Of a DNA stretch of 20,000 nt, positions 1 through 10,955 are shown piece by piece; the stretch's first letter is position 1, and every line of letters begins with the position of its first letter. Below the pieces are notes generated by a model that was not told the DNA's origin, ran no database searches, and worked only from the letters and a program-made list of their open reading frames with translations. Both the position numbers and the translations under genes were made by a program. The stretch spans positions 118,185 through 138,184 of the forward strand of contig PS015134.1 of the NCBI GenBank assembly GCA_048213135.1, written 5' to 3'. Source of the DNA: Reclinomonas americana ATCC 50394 (Eukaryota).

Positions 1-153
1 GCCATGCTTTGCGAGTGAGTCCTTCAGCTGCTTATTCCTGTTACCCCACCCTGCACACATTGGACCCGCATGCACATCGAGACTTCCTTCGACGTGCATG
101 CATTGCATATGTCCCGTCTAGTATCAATCACTCGTCGAGCTCGATCGCAGCGC

Positions 154-1502
154 ATGAGTGCCGGCTGTGGCGCCTTCTGCCGGCGCAACTGTCAGAAGAA
201 AGACCTCCTCCTCTTGTTTCGTGATCCCTCACGGATCTACCTCTCTCCCCCTCGCACTCTCACTCTCTCCTCTCAATCAGTTGGCTTCCACTATTCGTCG
301 CACTGGCCATCTTCATCGGCTTTGCCGCCTACTACACAACGTTACGTGCATCGCCTCTCTAACGCAGATAGACATGCACAATGCACTCATTGCATCATCA
401 ATCGTCATTCATCAGTCGCCTCGTTGAATCGCATCGCAATCCGACGTGGACCGTCACGCCCGACTATCTCGGCTCCAGTTCCCGTTCTCTCTCTCTCGCC
501 CCTCCCCTCTCCCTCTCCCCCTCCTCTCACTCGCAGCAACACAGATGTCAACTTCCCGGGCATGGCAGCCTGCGTGTACGCCCCACTGTCCGTGGTCGAT
601 GCATCGCAGTTGCCGGCCCTGCAGTGCGTTCTGACACTGGAGAACGATCTGGGAGCGCAGTGCCCGCCCAACTTTGTGTTGCGTTGTCCACGATCCTGTC
701 CGTTTCGTTGCTGCCCGTGGGCTGAGCGAGAGAGAGAGAGCACGCAGCTGGCCAAGTCAGAGCACCGCGGTGTATGTGGCGACCGTGTCGTACACGCCGG
801 ACTCTGGCGCCAACATCTACTGCTGGATGCTGAACATGTTCTCGCCGCTCATCACGTTTGGCTTTGTCGGCCAATCGTCGCGATCGATTGTGCTCGGCTG
901 GCTGCAGGATCCTTTGGTGAGGATCGATGTGTGATCGCATCTCTTTCCCCTCCCCTCTCACTCCTTTGACTCACAGCACATTATGGAAACCAGCCCACTG
1001 CTCATCTTCATGTTCACACCGCGCGCCGGTCTCGATCCTGCAACAATGACGATTCCATTCACGCCAGTTGCGCTCTCCCACCCTTCTCTCTCTCTCTCNN
1101 NNNNNNNNNNNNNNNNNNNNNNNNNNNNNNNNNNNNNNNNNNNNNNNNNNNNNNNNNNNNNNNNNNNNNNNNNNNNNNNNNNNNNNNNNNNNNNNNNNNN
1201 NNNNNNNNNNNNNNNNNNNNNNNNNNNNNNNNNNNNNNNNNNNNNNNNNNNNNNNNNNNNNNNNNNNNNNNNNNNNNNNNNNNNNNNNNNNNNNNNNNNN
1301 NNNNNNNNNNNNNNNNNNNNNNNNNNNNNNNNNNNNNNNNNNNNNNNNNNNNNNNNNNNNNNNNNNNNNNNNNNNNNNNNNNNNNNNNNNNNNNNNNNNN
1401 NNNNNNNNNNNNNNNNNNNNNNNNNNNNNNNNNNNNNNNNNNNNNNNNNNNNNNNNNNNNNNNNNNNNNNNTACCGTACCGTACCGTCCGTCCGTCCTCC
1501 TC

Positions 1503-1562
<60 letters not shown>

Positions 1563-3740
1563 TCTTTGTTTCTCTCTCACACATTTCTCTCACACGTTCG
1601 TCTGTAGAACGCCTCCACCATCCCCTTCTACGACTGGGGCTGGAAGACCCTCTTCCAGAACCCGCAGAGCCTCAATGTCGTCACCATCACCAACGGCGCC
1701 GACAGTCTGCTCAACATTCGGCCAGAGCAGTACAACTTTGTGGACACTTCGCAGTCGTTCACTGGCTACCAGTTGCGCATTCGCTGCTCTCAGTCGTGCA
1801 TCAAGAGCTTCGCAGTTCACCACCATTTCGTCGCAGGTGTCAAGTCAGCCAAGGGTTGCTCGGCGGTGCATTCGGTGAGAATGTTGCGGCGACCTTCCTT
1901 GTCGGCTCCAGCAGTCCAACGTACAACAAGTTGCGTGTGCGATTGCTGCGTAGTCATGTTGGTGTGCTGTTTTGTTCACGACGCGTGTGCATGTGCAGGT
2001 TTTCAGAGGCGTGTTTGGTGCTGCGTTCTCTCGTCGATGACTACTCGTGTGCTCACACTCTTCATTGCGCAGACGCCGATTACCGTCAGCGATTACTTTG
2101 GCTTCCTGGTTGGCATTGCTGGTGGTGAGTCCCTGCACGGCGCATGCACTCTGAGAGGTGTCTGCTCTCCAGAGCTTGCTTCGCTGCTGTCAGTTCACTG
2201 CCGCGTTTGCTCCTCCTGATGTGTCGCTCTCTCACTCGTTCTTTCATTTTCTGTTTGTCTTCGCGAAATAGTGTTTCACTCTCGTGTAGTTGTGTCTCAC
2301 GATGCCCTGCCGTAGTCATCTCACTCTGCTTCTCTCTCTCCTCTTCTGTCTGATTCATCGTGTCGGAATGTCTCTCAGTTGCTCGACTTCTGTCTCTCAG
2401 ACTCGGGCGCTCTCTGTTCACTTTCTGTCGTCCTTCCATCTCCTCTCTTNNNNNNNNNNNNNNNNNNNNNNNNNNNNNNNNNNNNNNNNNNNNNNNNNNN
2501 NNNNNNNNNNNNNNNNNNNNNNNNNNNNNNNNNNNNNNNNNNNNNNNNNNNNNNNNNNNNNNNNNNNNNNNNNNNNNNNNNNNNNNNNNNNNNNNNNNNN
2601 NNNNNNNNNNNNNNNNNNNNNNNNNNNNNNNNNNNNNNNNNNNNNNNNNNNNNNNNNNNNNNNNNNNNNNNNNNNNNNNNNNNNNNNNNNNNNNNNNNNN
2701 NNNNNNNNNNNNNNNNNNNNNNNNNNNNNNNNNNNNNNNNNNNNNNNNNNNNNNNNNNNNNNNNNNNNNNNNNNNNNNNNNNNNNNNNNNNNNNNNNNNN
2801 NNNNNNNNNNNNNNNNNNNNNNNNNNNNNNNNNNNNNNNNNNNNNNNNNNNNNNNNNNNNNNNNNNNNNNNNNNNNNNNNNNNNNNNNNNNNNNNNNNNN
2901 NNNNNNNNNNNNNNNNNNNNNNNNNNNNNNNNNNNNNNNNNNNNNNNNNNNNNNNNNNNNNNNNNNNNNNNNNNNNNNNNNNNNNNNNNNNNNNNNNNNN
3001 NNNNNNNNNNNNNNNNNNNNNNNNNNNNNNNNNNNNNNNNTCTCTCTCTCCTCTTCTCGTCTCGTAGTTCTACTCGTCGTCGGTAGTAGTCTCTCACGTT
3101 GTCTCGTACTCTCGTCTCTCTAGACTCGGCGGCTCTCTGTTCTACTTTCTTCGTCGTCCTTCCTACTCTCCTCTCTCTCTCTCTCTCTCTCCACTGCAGC
3201 CCAATTGTTCTTACTCTTCTCCCTTGAACTCCCACGCTTCCCGTTTCGTATCCTCTCTTCTGTGTTCCATTCACTTGCTCATCCTCCTTTCCCCTAGTTT
3301 CTCTCTTAACCTGCGTCTGTTCGCTTTCGAACATCTCACGATTGTTTGCCCTGCTGTATCCGTCTCTCTATCTGCTTCTCTTCCTCCATCGTGTCGGAAT
3401 ATGTCGCTGCTGCTCGACTTCTGTCTTTTCTTTGTGTCTCTGACTCGGTCGCTCTCTGTCTGCCTCTCTCTTCTTCGTGTTTTGTTCTTCGCTTTGTCCG
3501 TGTTTTCTTGCGCCTCAGCGCTCCCCGCCCTTCCCCTTATCAGGCTGCGGCTTCGCCTACCGCATGATGTACGTGTTCGGCAGCTGGCTCCTGCGCTCGA
3601 GCCGCCAGCACAAGAAGACCGACAACTCCTCCAGCGACACTCCGCAGACCGCCATCGAGCTGCGCGAACCGCTGATGGTGGACTCTGCGCGAAGATTACG
3701 AGGCGGCGAGACCGATCAGCGATTCGTGGACGCCACATAG
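154..3740 (+). CDS. Spliced two-transmembrane membrane protein (~363 aa); candidate DEG/ENaC- or PAC/TMEM206-like trimeric ion channel subunit
   Basis: Phase-consistent exons 154-215, 281-340, 416-477, 545-677, 748-916, 977-1066, 1608-1771, 1837-1929, 1999-2008, 2073-2124, 3544-3740 sum to 1092 nt. Translation: MSAGCGAFCRRNCQKKD-LLLFWLPLFVALAIFIGFAAYYTT (TM1)-RLVESHRNPTWTVTPDYLGSNVNFPGMAACVYAP...TYNKFSETPITVSDYFGFLVGIAGGCGFAYRMMYVFGSWLL (TM2)-RSSRQHKK. Two introns contain N gaps that could hide further exons. The gene itself is well supported; the family is inferred. Confidence 0.7.
2290..3470. repeat. Degenerate direct repeats in the last intron of gene 1, flanking an N gap
   Basis: tcgtgtcggaat...gctcgacttctgtct...gactcgg.cgctctctgt occurs at ~2358-2438 and ~3389-3465, with a partial copy at ~3116-3163. 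Confidence 0.55.
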
Positions 3741-3990
3741 ACTGGCGTCGCTGCAAGTGAACAGCCAAACACACTTCTCTCTCATCTGCGAACATAATTT
3801 AGCACTGCCATTCATTTCCTTCCCCGCGCACACGCAGCTTCACGACGCGCGCCACCTCTCACTTGCACTCCGCCAGTGTGGCTGGCAGTAGCACATAGAA
3901 CAATCTACTTTTTTGAAAATCTGAGACACACCCAAGACAGGAGCGAGTAATCTCCATCTTTGACGGGCGTGCTCGTCACACGATGAGCAG

Positions 3991-4827
3991 GTTGGCGCGC
4001 TCGCGAAACCGCGGCGCTGCAGGAAAAACAAGGAAAGATACAGCCCTCCGCGACGCGGAGACGCCGAGGCAAATCACTTCATGCCCTCCGTCGTCGTGCC
4101 AGCCACTTGCTTGCGAGCCAGCATGACCACCTAGCACACACACAATCAGAGACTGACAAGGGAAAAGATAAATGGATAAGAGACGCAACTTCACCAGGCC
4201 GCGGCCACCGCCGCTGCTTCAGCTTGGAAAACAGCAGTGTGCCCGTGTCCACTCGACCCAAATACACCTCCAATGCACCCGACGGCGGGGACTCTGGGTT
4301 GCCTGTGCACGAGAAGAGGTAAGAATTACAGGGAGGGGCGATGTTGACTTTCTCTTTGAGGGCACGTCGCTCGCTCTGGTCTCACTGTGTCGCTCGCGGT
4401 ATCGCTCGCTGTGCTCTCTCTCTCTGTGTGTCGTTCGCTGTGCTCTCGCTGTGTCGCTCTGCTCTCTCTCACTTTGTGTCTNNNNNNNNNNNNNNNNNNN
4501 NTCGCTCTGCTCTCTCTCGCTCTGCTCTCTCTCTCGCTCTGCTCTCTCGCTGTGTCGCTCGCTGTGCTCTGCTCTCTCTCTCTCTCTCTCGCTATACCTC
4601 TGTGTGTGTGTCGCTCGCTGTGCTCTCGCTGTGTCGCTCTGCTCTCTCTCTCTCTCGCGCTCTGCTCTCTCTCTCTCTCGCGCGCTCTGCTCTCTCTCGC
4701 GCTCTGCTCTCTCTCGCGCTCTGCTCTCTCGCGCTCTGCTCTCTCGCGCTCTGCTCTCTCGCGCACTGCACTCTCGCGCTCTGCTCTCTCGCGCTCTGCT
4801 CTCTCGCGCTCTGCTCTCTCACGCTCT

Positions 4828-4860
<33 letters not shown>

Positions 4861-5010
4861 TCTCTCTCTCCCTCCCCCCTCTCTCACTCCCTCCCTCTCC
4901 ACCCTCCCTTCTCCCTTCCTCCCCTCCACCACACACACTCACCCACAACCACAGATCCCGGAAGCGCTTCCTTGAGCTCCTCAGCGAGCTCCTGGAAAGC
5001 GCCATAGTAA
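3991..5010 (+). other. Possible unexplained exons (hypothetical protein or UTR exons)
   Basis: An open frame at 3987-4318 ends at a strong AG|GTAAG donor (4319). A CT-rich intron-like tract follows, ending at acag (~4954), and the frame continues as SRKRFLELLSELLESAI. No start codon or recognisable domain. Confidence 0.25.
4365..4870. repeat. Minisatellite/microsatellite tract (ctctgctctctcgcg)n and (ct)n
   Basis: Tandem ~15-nt units are directly visible at ~4680-4830, with degenerate copies around them. Confidence 0.9.
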
Positions 5011-5357
5011 CCTCAGGAAGCTATATCAAAACACACCAAATAATCAATCAATCAATCAATCTCTCCCCTCACTGTCACACAACAATAAACGCAACTACAG
5101 AAGAGAATGCTAAAGTACTGTCCATTGCCTTGCGGCTGTTTACACAATCACACAGAGAGCAAGTGAGACAGACAAAAACGCGCGCGAATCTTCTTCTCTC
5201 ACAGACACTCACTCACCACAGAGTCGATCGCGTCACCCGATTGCCCGCTTCCCATGAGACCTACTCATACACACACACAGAGTAAGCTTGTGAGAGAACT
5301 CGGAGTCTCCACTCTCCGATCATAAGCGCACCTCTCTCGTGGCCTCTCGTGTGTCCT

Positions 5358-6944
5358 TCAACTCCACCAAAAGGACACTGAAAAGCTCACTTGCAGCGAG
5401 CGTACATAGTGCCAATAGTGCGGCGGCATGTAGAGCATATCCCCACGCTCCAGCGTGCACTCCCAGAACGGCACGCCGGCAAAGAGGGGGAAGGCGACGT
5501 CGACGTCGGGGTTCGCGACGTCGATCAGGCTGGTGTTGTGCAGCATGCTGTCGGGGCGCGGGTACAGGCGCGTGGAATGTGCGGGTGAGTAGATGCGGAT
5601 GAGCTTGCTGCCGACGGTTTGGCAGAGGAGGTTGTGGTGCGGGTCGTGGTGGAGGGGGGAGATGGTGCCGCGCGGTCCGAACCAGGCGTTGCGGGTGAAG
5701 ACGGCACCGGTGCCGAGGGCGCGGCAGTAGGGCGGAGTGACGATGTCGTGCTGTAGTCGGGGGATCTGGTCGAAGAGCGTGTGCTGCGCGAGGTAGCCGC
5801 GTTCCTCGTTCGGGTGCAGCACGAAGCGATCGACAAAGTCGAGCAGCGGCATTAGTCGCTGCGACCAGCCCTCGGCGACGTAGTGTTGGCCGACCTCTGC
5901 GCAAAAAGGCGACAGTGGGCAAAGTGAATAGAAGGGCGGAGCGGCGGCTGCGAACAGACCAACGGGGACGGTGCGATGGCCGGCCACTCGTTTCAAGTAC
6001 GCCATGTTGGCCCAGCTGTGGTCCGCCGACATGCACGGCCACTCCTGCAACGCTCGTGCACTATAAGCCATGATGCGCAGTGGGTGCCGGTGATGAGGCA
6101 CGCCTCACCTGCATGCATCCACGCAACAGCGCCGGTCGCATCGGTGTGAAACACTCCCTCTCAAACTCCTCCACCGACGGGCACTCCAACACCAGCAACT
6201 CCAATCGCTCCGATCCAGGCGGCACTGAGAGCTCCACCTCTTCGTCCATCACGAACGAGTGAGCATCCAGGCGCAGCGCAGAAGACGAGACAACTGCACA
6301 CCATCGCGCTCCAGACTGGCAATCTCTATATTGTCTTCTTCTCCCCCTTGCGCATCGTCCTCGCGATTCGTATCGCGCAGCTCCTCCACCAGCTCCAACA
6401 GCTCAAAGGCCTCCTCGCGAAACATATTCGCGCCCATGATCAGCGCCATGTCAATCGTCCGCGAGACCTCACACAATCGATGCGAGTTAAAGCGATGCAA
6501 TCGACCTGTGCGCCACGTGCTAAGAGACAGACTCGGAAAGATGAGAGGAGGAGATGTGAGGGAGAGAGAGAGACCTTGCTCCTCATCCATCAACAGCTCG
6601 ATCTTGGCCAGTGCCAGCGAGGCTGCAGCATAGGCATCTCGCCAGGCGACATTGACACGATGCCACACTCCCACATGCAGCTGCTCCCAGGCAAGGATCT
6701 GTGCCTCCACTGCACACTTGCGTGCTTCCCTCGATTGGCCACGACGGTCAGCGAGCAAAGAGTGCACGCGTTGCAGGAGTGACACGACGAGTGTGCCGTA
6801 TGATTCCGGTGGTTGCAGTTGCGCGAGGAGTGTGTCCCATTGGTGCTGCAGCTCGTCAGAGACTGTGTCGGTGGTGGTGTGGTGTGGACGGTGGCCGGCT
6901 GGATGCAGCGTGAGGGTGCCGTGTGGGGTGTACTCCAGGTGCAT
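5358..6944 (-). CDS. JMJD5: JmjC-domain 2-oxoglutarate/Fe(II) hydroxylase, JMJD5/KDM8-like
   Basis: Exons 6944-6575, 6505-6302, 6239-6109, 6044-5960, 5896-5358. Motifs: AWEQLHVGVWHRVNVAWRDAY (N-terminal helical domain), RTVPVEVGQHY, GYLAQHTLFDQIP, NAWFGPRGTISPLHHDPHHNLLCQTVGSK (HxD), GDMLYMPPHYWHYVRSL..SFSVSFWW*. The start codon is uncertain. Confidence 0.9.
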
Positions 6945-7197
6945 TTCTTGAGAGGGACAAGTTGTCCCGATGATGGACGACGGAGGAGACGTCGCTGACA
7001 CTGTCGAGGTGATGTAAGTGCGTGTAATCCATCATTGAACCGCGCTGTTGGCCCACACAGCCTGCCTGTGTTCGTCAAGATCTTGTCGGCGATCACTCAT
7101 TGTTGTACATGTCAGTGAATGGTGATTGAGTGGACCTAGTCATCAAGACGATGCACAAGGTGTTGTCGTTGGCACGGCTGCAGAGCCGTAGCAGTTC

Positions 7198-7630
7198 CTC
7201 AGATCCAGAACGGGACGAGCAGAAATGTTAAAGAACACCATGCCGGGTTAAGTAGCGTGCAGAATGGCAGAAGTCCACAGTCAGTGGGCGGAAAGCAGCA
7301 GCACAACAACTGTGATCCAATGAAGTGCTCGCAAGACGCTGCAGAGGACCACGCCAGAGCTCTCCAGATCCGACATGAACAACAGAATAGTGCGCTTCCA
7401 CCCGGTGCCCCTTATCAACAGCCGCGATCCAATAAAGACCGTGTACAGGAGTGACACAACTCGGCCCGGATCCAAATCCCGACAGAAATGTGCACAACGG
7501 CGAAGAAGACAAACGCAGTGGGCAGAGCACACCGGATCCAAGACGAAAACGTGCAAGACGGGAAAGATGACTCGGGCAGCGGGCAGGGCAACGCCGAGTC
7601 CGGATCAAAGAAAAAGAATGTTCAGCATCG
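7198..7630 (+). repeat. Degenerate ~45-70 bp repeats (ccggatccaa...aaygtgca...gcagygggcag), possibly a decayed coding repeat
   Basis: GATC(C) cores at ~7202, 7314, 7367, 7426, 7469, 7535, 7603. Units at 7466-7531 and 7532-7599 align (NVHNGEEDKRSGQS vs NVQDGKDDSGSGQG) but lie in different frames. Confidence 0.45.
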
Positions 7631-8446
7631 CTGTCGTCACACCTTGAAAGCTCTCTCCCTTTCTGTGCCTCCCACCACTTGTCAACAGTGTATATACGTA
7701 CATTCGCTGCTGCGCGCTGCAGCAGCATCCATTCAGAGTTTCTCGGTGTGAGCAGTGTGCTCACAACGGGTACTGCAGACAGCACAGATACAGAGTGAGC
7801 ACACAATTGATCTAGAGTCAGTGATTCTCGTGCGCTACGTGTGTGACGCGAAGTGCAATAAAGAGTTGCATCGCTGATGTCCCTGGAGCGAATGCTGTGC
7901 AGCGACGAAATTGCCTCATTATTCTCTCCGGGCACAACTCAAACGACAAACTGCTCCGTTCTCTCTCACCTCTCTGTCTTCTTACTCCCCTGCTTTGCAG
8001 ATCGTCACTCACACCCATCTCTAAGTACCTTAGCCTACTGACATGAATCGAAGTGCGAGAACAAGGAACGTCGCTGGCATCAGCGTCACTCACTTACCTG
8101 CTCATCTTCCTCTCATTCACTCACAGTTCCTCTCTGCTTCTCACCTGGCCTCTGTCTCCAGTCGCTGACTATCTAGCACACAGCAAGCCCTTTGCTCACT
8201 CACTTCATCGTCATCAGTTTCCCACTCTTTCACACTGCCACACTCTGTGCTTCTCACTCACTGCAGTCACTCTCTTGTGCACTTATTGCGTCCTTCTCTC
8301 ACACTGTCTCACTCTATTTTACCCGGTCTCTAACTCAATCGCTGCCTGTCTCGCCCACTACTTCATTTTCTCACCCTATCTTTCTCACTTTTGCCCCTCC
8401 CTTCCCCTTACACCCCCTTCCCCTCCCTTCCCCTATACCTCCCCCT

Positions 8447-10111
8447 TCACGCAACAGCTGCAACCAAAGGCTGACCGGCCAGTCCATTCATCACATTCCT
8501 CACGGCAATGCGAGCCATTTCCGCTCGCGTCTTTTCCGTGGCACTAGCAAAGTGTGGTGTGATGATGCAGTTCGGCAGGTGCAGCAGTGGGTGATCCACC
8601 GGCAGCGGCTCAGGGTCCTGCAGCGAAAGTGAGAAGACGAGGAGAATGAAATAATCGCATCTTCTTGCCGCTGCTCACCGTCACATCGAGCGCAGCCGCT
8701 GCCATTCTTCCGGATTTGAGCGATGCATACAGTGCGTCTTGGTTGATCAGCTGCACGAGGGTGATGAGTTTCGCACACACATTCCTAACCACGAATGAGC
8801 ACCGCACCTTGCCGCGCGCCGTGTTGACGAGGATGCCACCCTTTTTGAATTCCCGGAACACCATTGTGTCGAAGAGATTAAAGCTTCCTGGCGAGTACGA
8901 TGTGTGCACCGACACAATATCCTGGAATCGCAGGGTGAGTGTCTATCACCAACGACGATGCACATGATGTGGGGTGGTATACGCACAGCCGCCGCCACCA
9001 ACTCGTTCAAGCAGCGCACATACGTTAGTCGATGTCCCAGCTGCGCGAATTCAGCCTCCGCCTCGGGTTTGCGATGCGGCCCGCAGTACAAGATCTCATC
9101 CGGGCCAAAGGCGGCCATCAGGCGAGCGTAGGTGCTGCCGATGCGCCCGAGACCCACCACCTGCGACACTCACTCGTCACACACACATGCCGCGAACACC
9201 ACATGACGCGACTACGCAACACCCAGCACAGAGCCGCTAATGTCCTTGCCACACAGCCTGCGCCCGAGACAACAGTCACACACACAACCTCTTCGCTGTG
9301 CATCGGAAAAATACACACACCATTCTGGTTTCCACGTGCTCCACTCGCCCGACCGCACCGCGCGCTCGCCCTCCATCATCCTGGCGCCATCCAATGAGCA
9401 AAAAGGAAGACTGGCTGTAAGGCACAGAGGCGCACTCACCGTCGCGTCGCAGCAAGAGTGAGCCCGACCGCCAGCTCCGCCGTCGATCGAGTCAGTACAT
9501 TGGGGGTGTATCCCACCTGAATGCCACGTTCGCGGCACCTGGCCAGATCGATGTGATCCACGCCTACGCTCATTGTCGACACCACCTGCACGCGCTCGAG
9601 ATGAGCACAAGAGAGCGAGCGATCGATCGGCGATCGGTATGTGCGAACCTTCAGTCGCGGTCCGCACGCATCCAACACCGCTCCATCGATCTTATCGCTG
9701 CGCAGACGAGAGAGTATGAGAGGGAAGTGCAGTGGAGGCATCATGTGTGTTGGAAGAAAGCACTGTGCCTGAGTGTGCAGATGAGACCCTCGGGTTGTCG
9801 ATCGCGTAGTTCTTGCAGCAGCACATCGCGCGGAATGGCCTCAGCTGCGCACACAGACAGAGATCAGCACACACACAGATAACGCCAACGCGCGAGCGAG
9901 AGGCAGACCGTTGTCCCTGCGCGCGTGTGCATCAGTGTCAGTCGCATGAGCGATAAGAGTTGTGTGCAGAGAGCAAGTACCAAAACGCAAAGCCGAGTCG
10001 CAGAAATCGCTCTCGCATGCCGAGATTGAGCAGGCGAGTCATGAACACAGAGCACTGCCCAAAGGCGCCGTTCATGGCACCAGTGGGCGCACCAATCGCC
10101 GTCGCGGCCAT
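8447..10111 (-). CDS. GRHPR: Glyoxylate reductase/hydroxypyruvate reductase-like D-isomer-specific 2-hydroxyacid dehydrogenase
   Basis: Spliced product contains [75 protein letters not shown] (Rossmann GxGxxG), LVNTARGK (catalytic Arg), LDVTDPEPLP (Glu) and ITPHFASAT (His). Stop TGA at 8449-8447. Confidence 0.9.
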
Positions 10112-10353
10112 TTGGTTGACACAATAAAGTGATGCAGCAGGACAAAGTGATTGGCTGGCAGTGATGCGAGGGTGGGGGTGAGAGGGTGGTGTTGTGCGTG
10201 ATATGAGGTACCTGTGGGAGAAATCTGGCATCAAGTGGCGGCAAGGGAGGCGCGATGCAATGGATTTTAACCGTCGACGTCGCGAAGTTGCATTGACTCA
10301 GCGGCTCGGAAAGCAACGGCAGCGATCGGCGTATATGAGTGAGGGGGCGTAGT

Positions 10354-10870
10354 ACTACAGTGCCCACCGTGTATCGTGGCTCAAGCGAGCAAGCGACCGA
10401 GGAGAGCAGCGACGTTGTCACGTAGGACAATCTGCTCTGCAGCTTGTGAAGAGCGTGCACTTGTGAAGACGAGTGTGTATATGTGTCGAACAGAGCTTCA
10501 GTCACAGCACCCACTGTGTTTCGTGGCTCAGGCGAGTAAATGACCGAAGAAAGCTGCGACGTTTCACCGCGCAGGACATTCGCCTCTGCGTACTTGCGCA
10601 AAGCAAGCAAGTGAAGGCGAGCGTGTAAATGCGTCGAATAGAGACCGAGTCACAGTATCCACTGTGTTTCGCGGCTCAGGCGAGTCAATGACCGGAGAAA
10701 GCCGCGACGATCGCACTTTGCAGGACAATCGGCTCTGCTACTTGCAGAGAGCGTGCACTCGTGAAGACGAGCATGCAGACGAGTTATACTATTCCACAAC
10801 CACAGGTATCTGTGATGGGAGAGGCGAGCCAGTGAGCAGGAAACGCCGCGACGTTCCCCATGCAGGACAA
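10354..10870. repeat. Degenerate tandem repeat, ~147-bp period, three copies plus a decayed fourth
   Basis: Units start at ~10354, 10501, 10648 and ~10797. Shared blocks: acag..cccactgtgtttcgtggctcaggcgag, gaccg.agaaagc.gcgacg, caggacaatc.gctctgc, gtgaagacgag. Confidence 0.85.
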
Positions 10871-10955
10871 ATCACTTTTTCACCACAATACAAAAACACA
10901 GCGAGAGCGCAAGAAGAAAGCCAGTGTGCATTGTGTCTCTTAGTGTACGTATCAA

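Noticed and set aside
958-3334. Long ORFs spanning N runs, and odd taccg/cgtagt motifs at gap edges
   Set aside because: They are artefacts of assembly gaps and low-quality contig ends.
4172-5285. Long SRSAL/LCSLA/ERE-rich ORFs
   Set aside because: These are translations of stop-free microsatellites and run through N gaps.
7075-7146. Box C/D snoRNA on the minus strand (TGATGA...CTGA...CCGA)
   Set aside because: The terminal D box is imperfect, the terminal stem is unconvincing, and no guide target could be verified.
7198-7630. CRISPR-like array suggested by spaced GATCC motifs
   Set aside because: The shared core is only 5-10 nt, spacing is irregular, the context is eukaryotic, and there are no cas genes.
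9864-10610. 248-aa minus-strand ORF with a 49-aa repeat
   Set aside because: It has a non-ATG start and overlaps GRHPR exon 1 out of frame. The repeat copies carry frame-breaking indels.
10501-10690. Hammerhead ribozyme in the 147-bp repeat (minus strand ctgag...cgaaac followed by a hairpin)
   Set aside because: The core is CTGAGCC rather than CTGANGA, there is no stem II, and there is no UH cleavage triplet after the stem.
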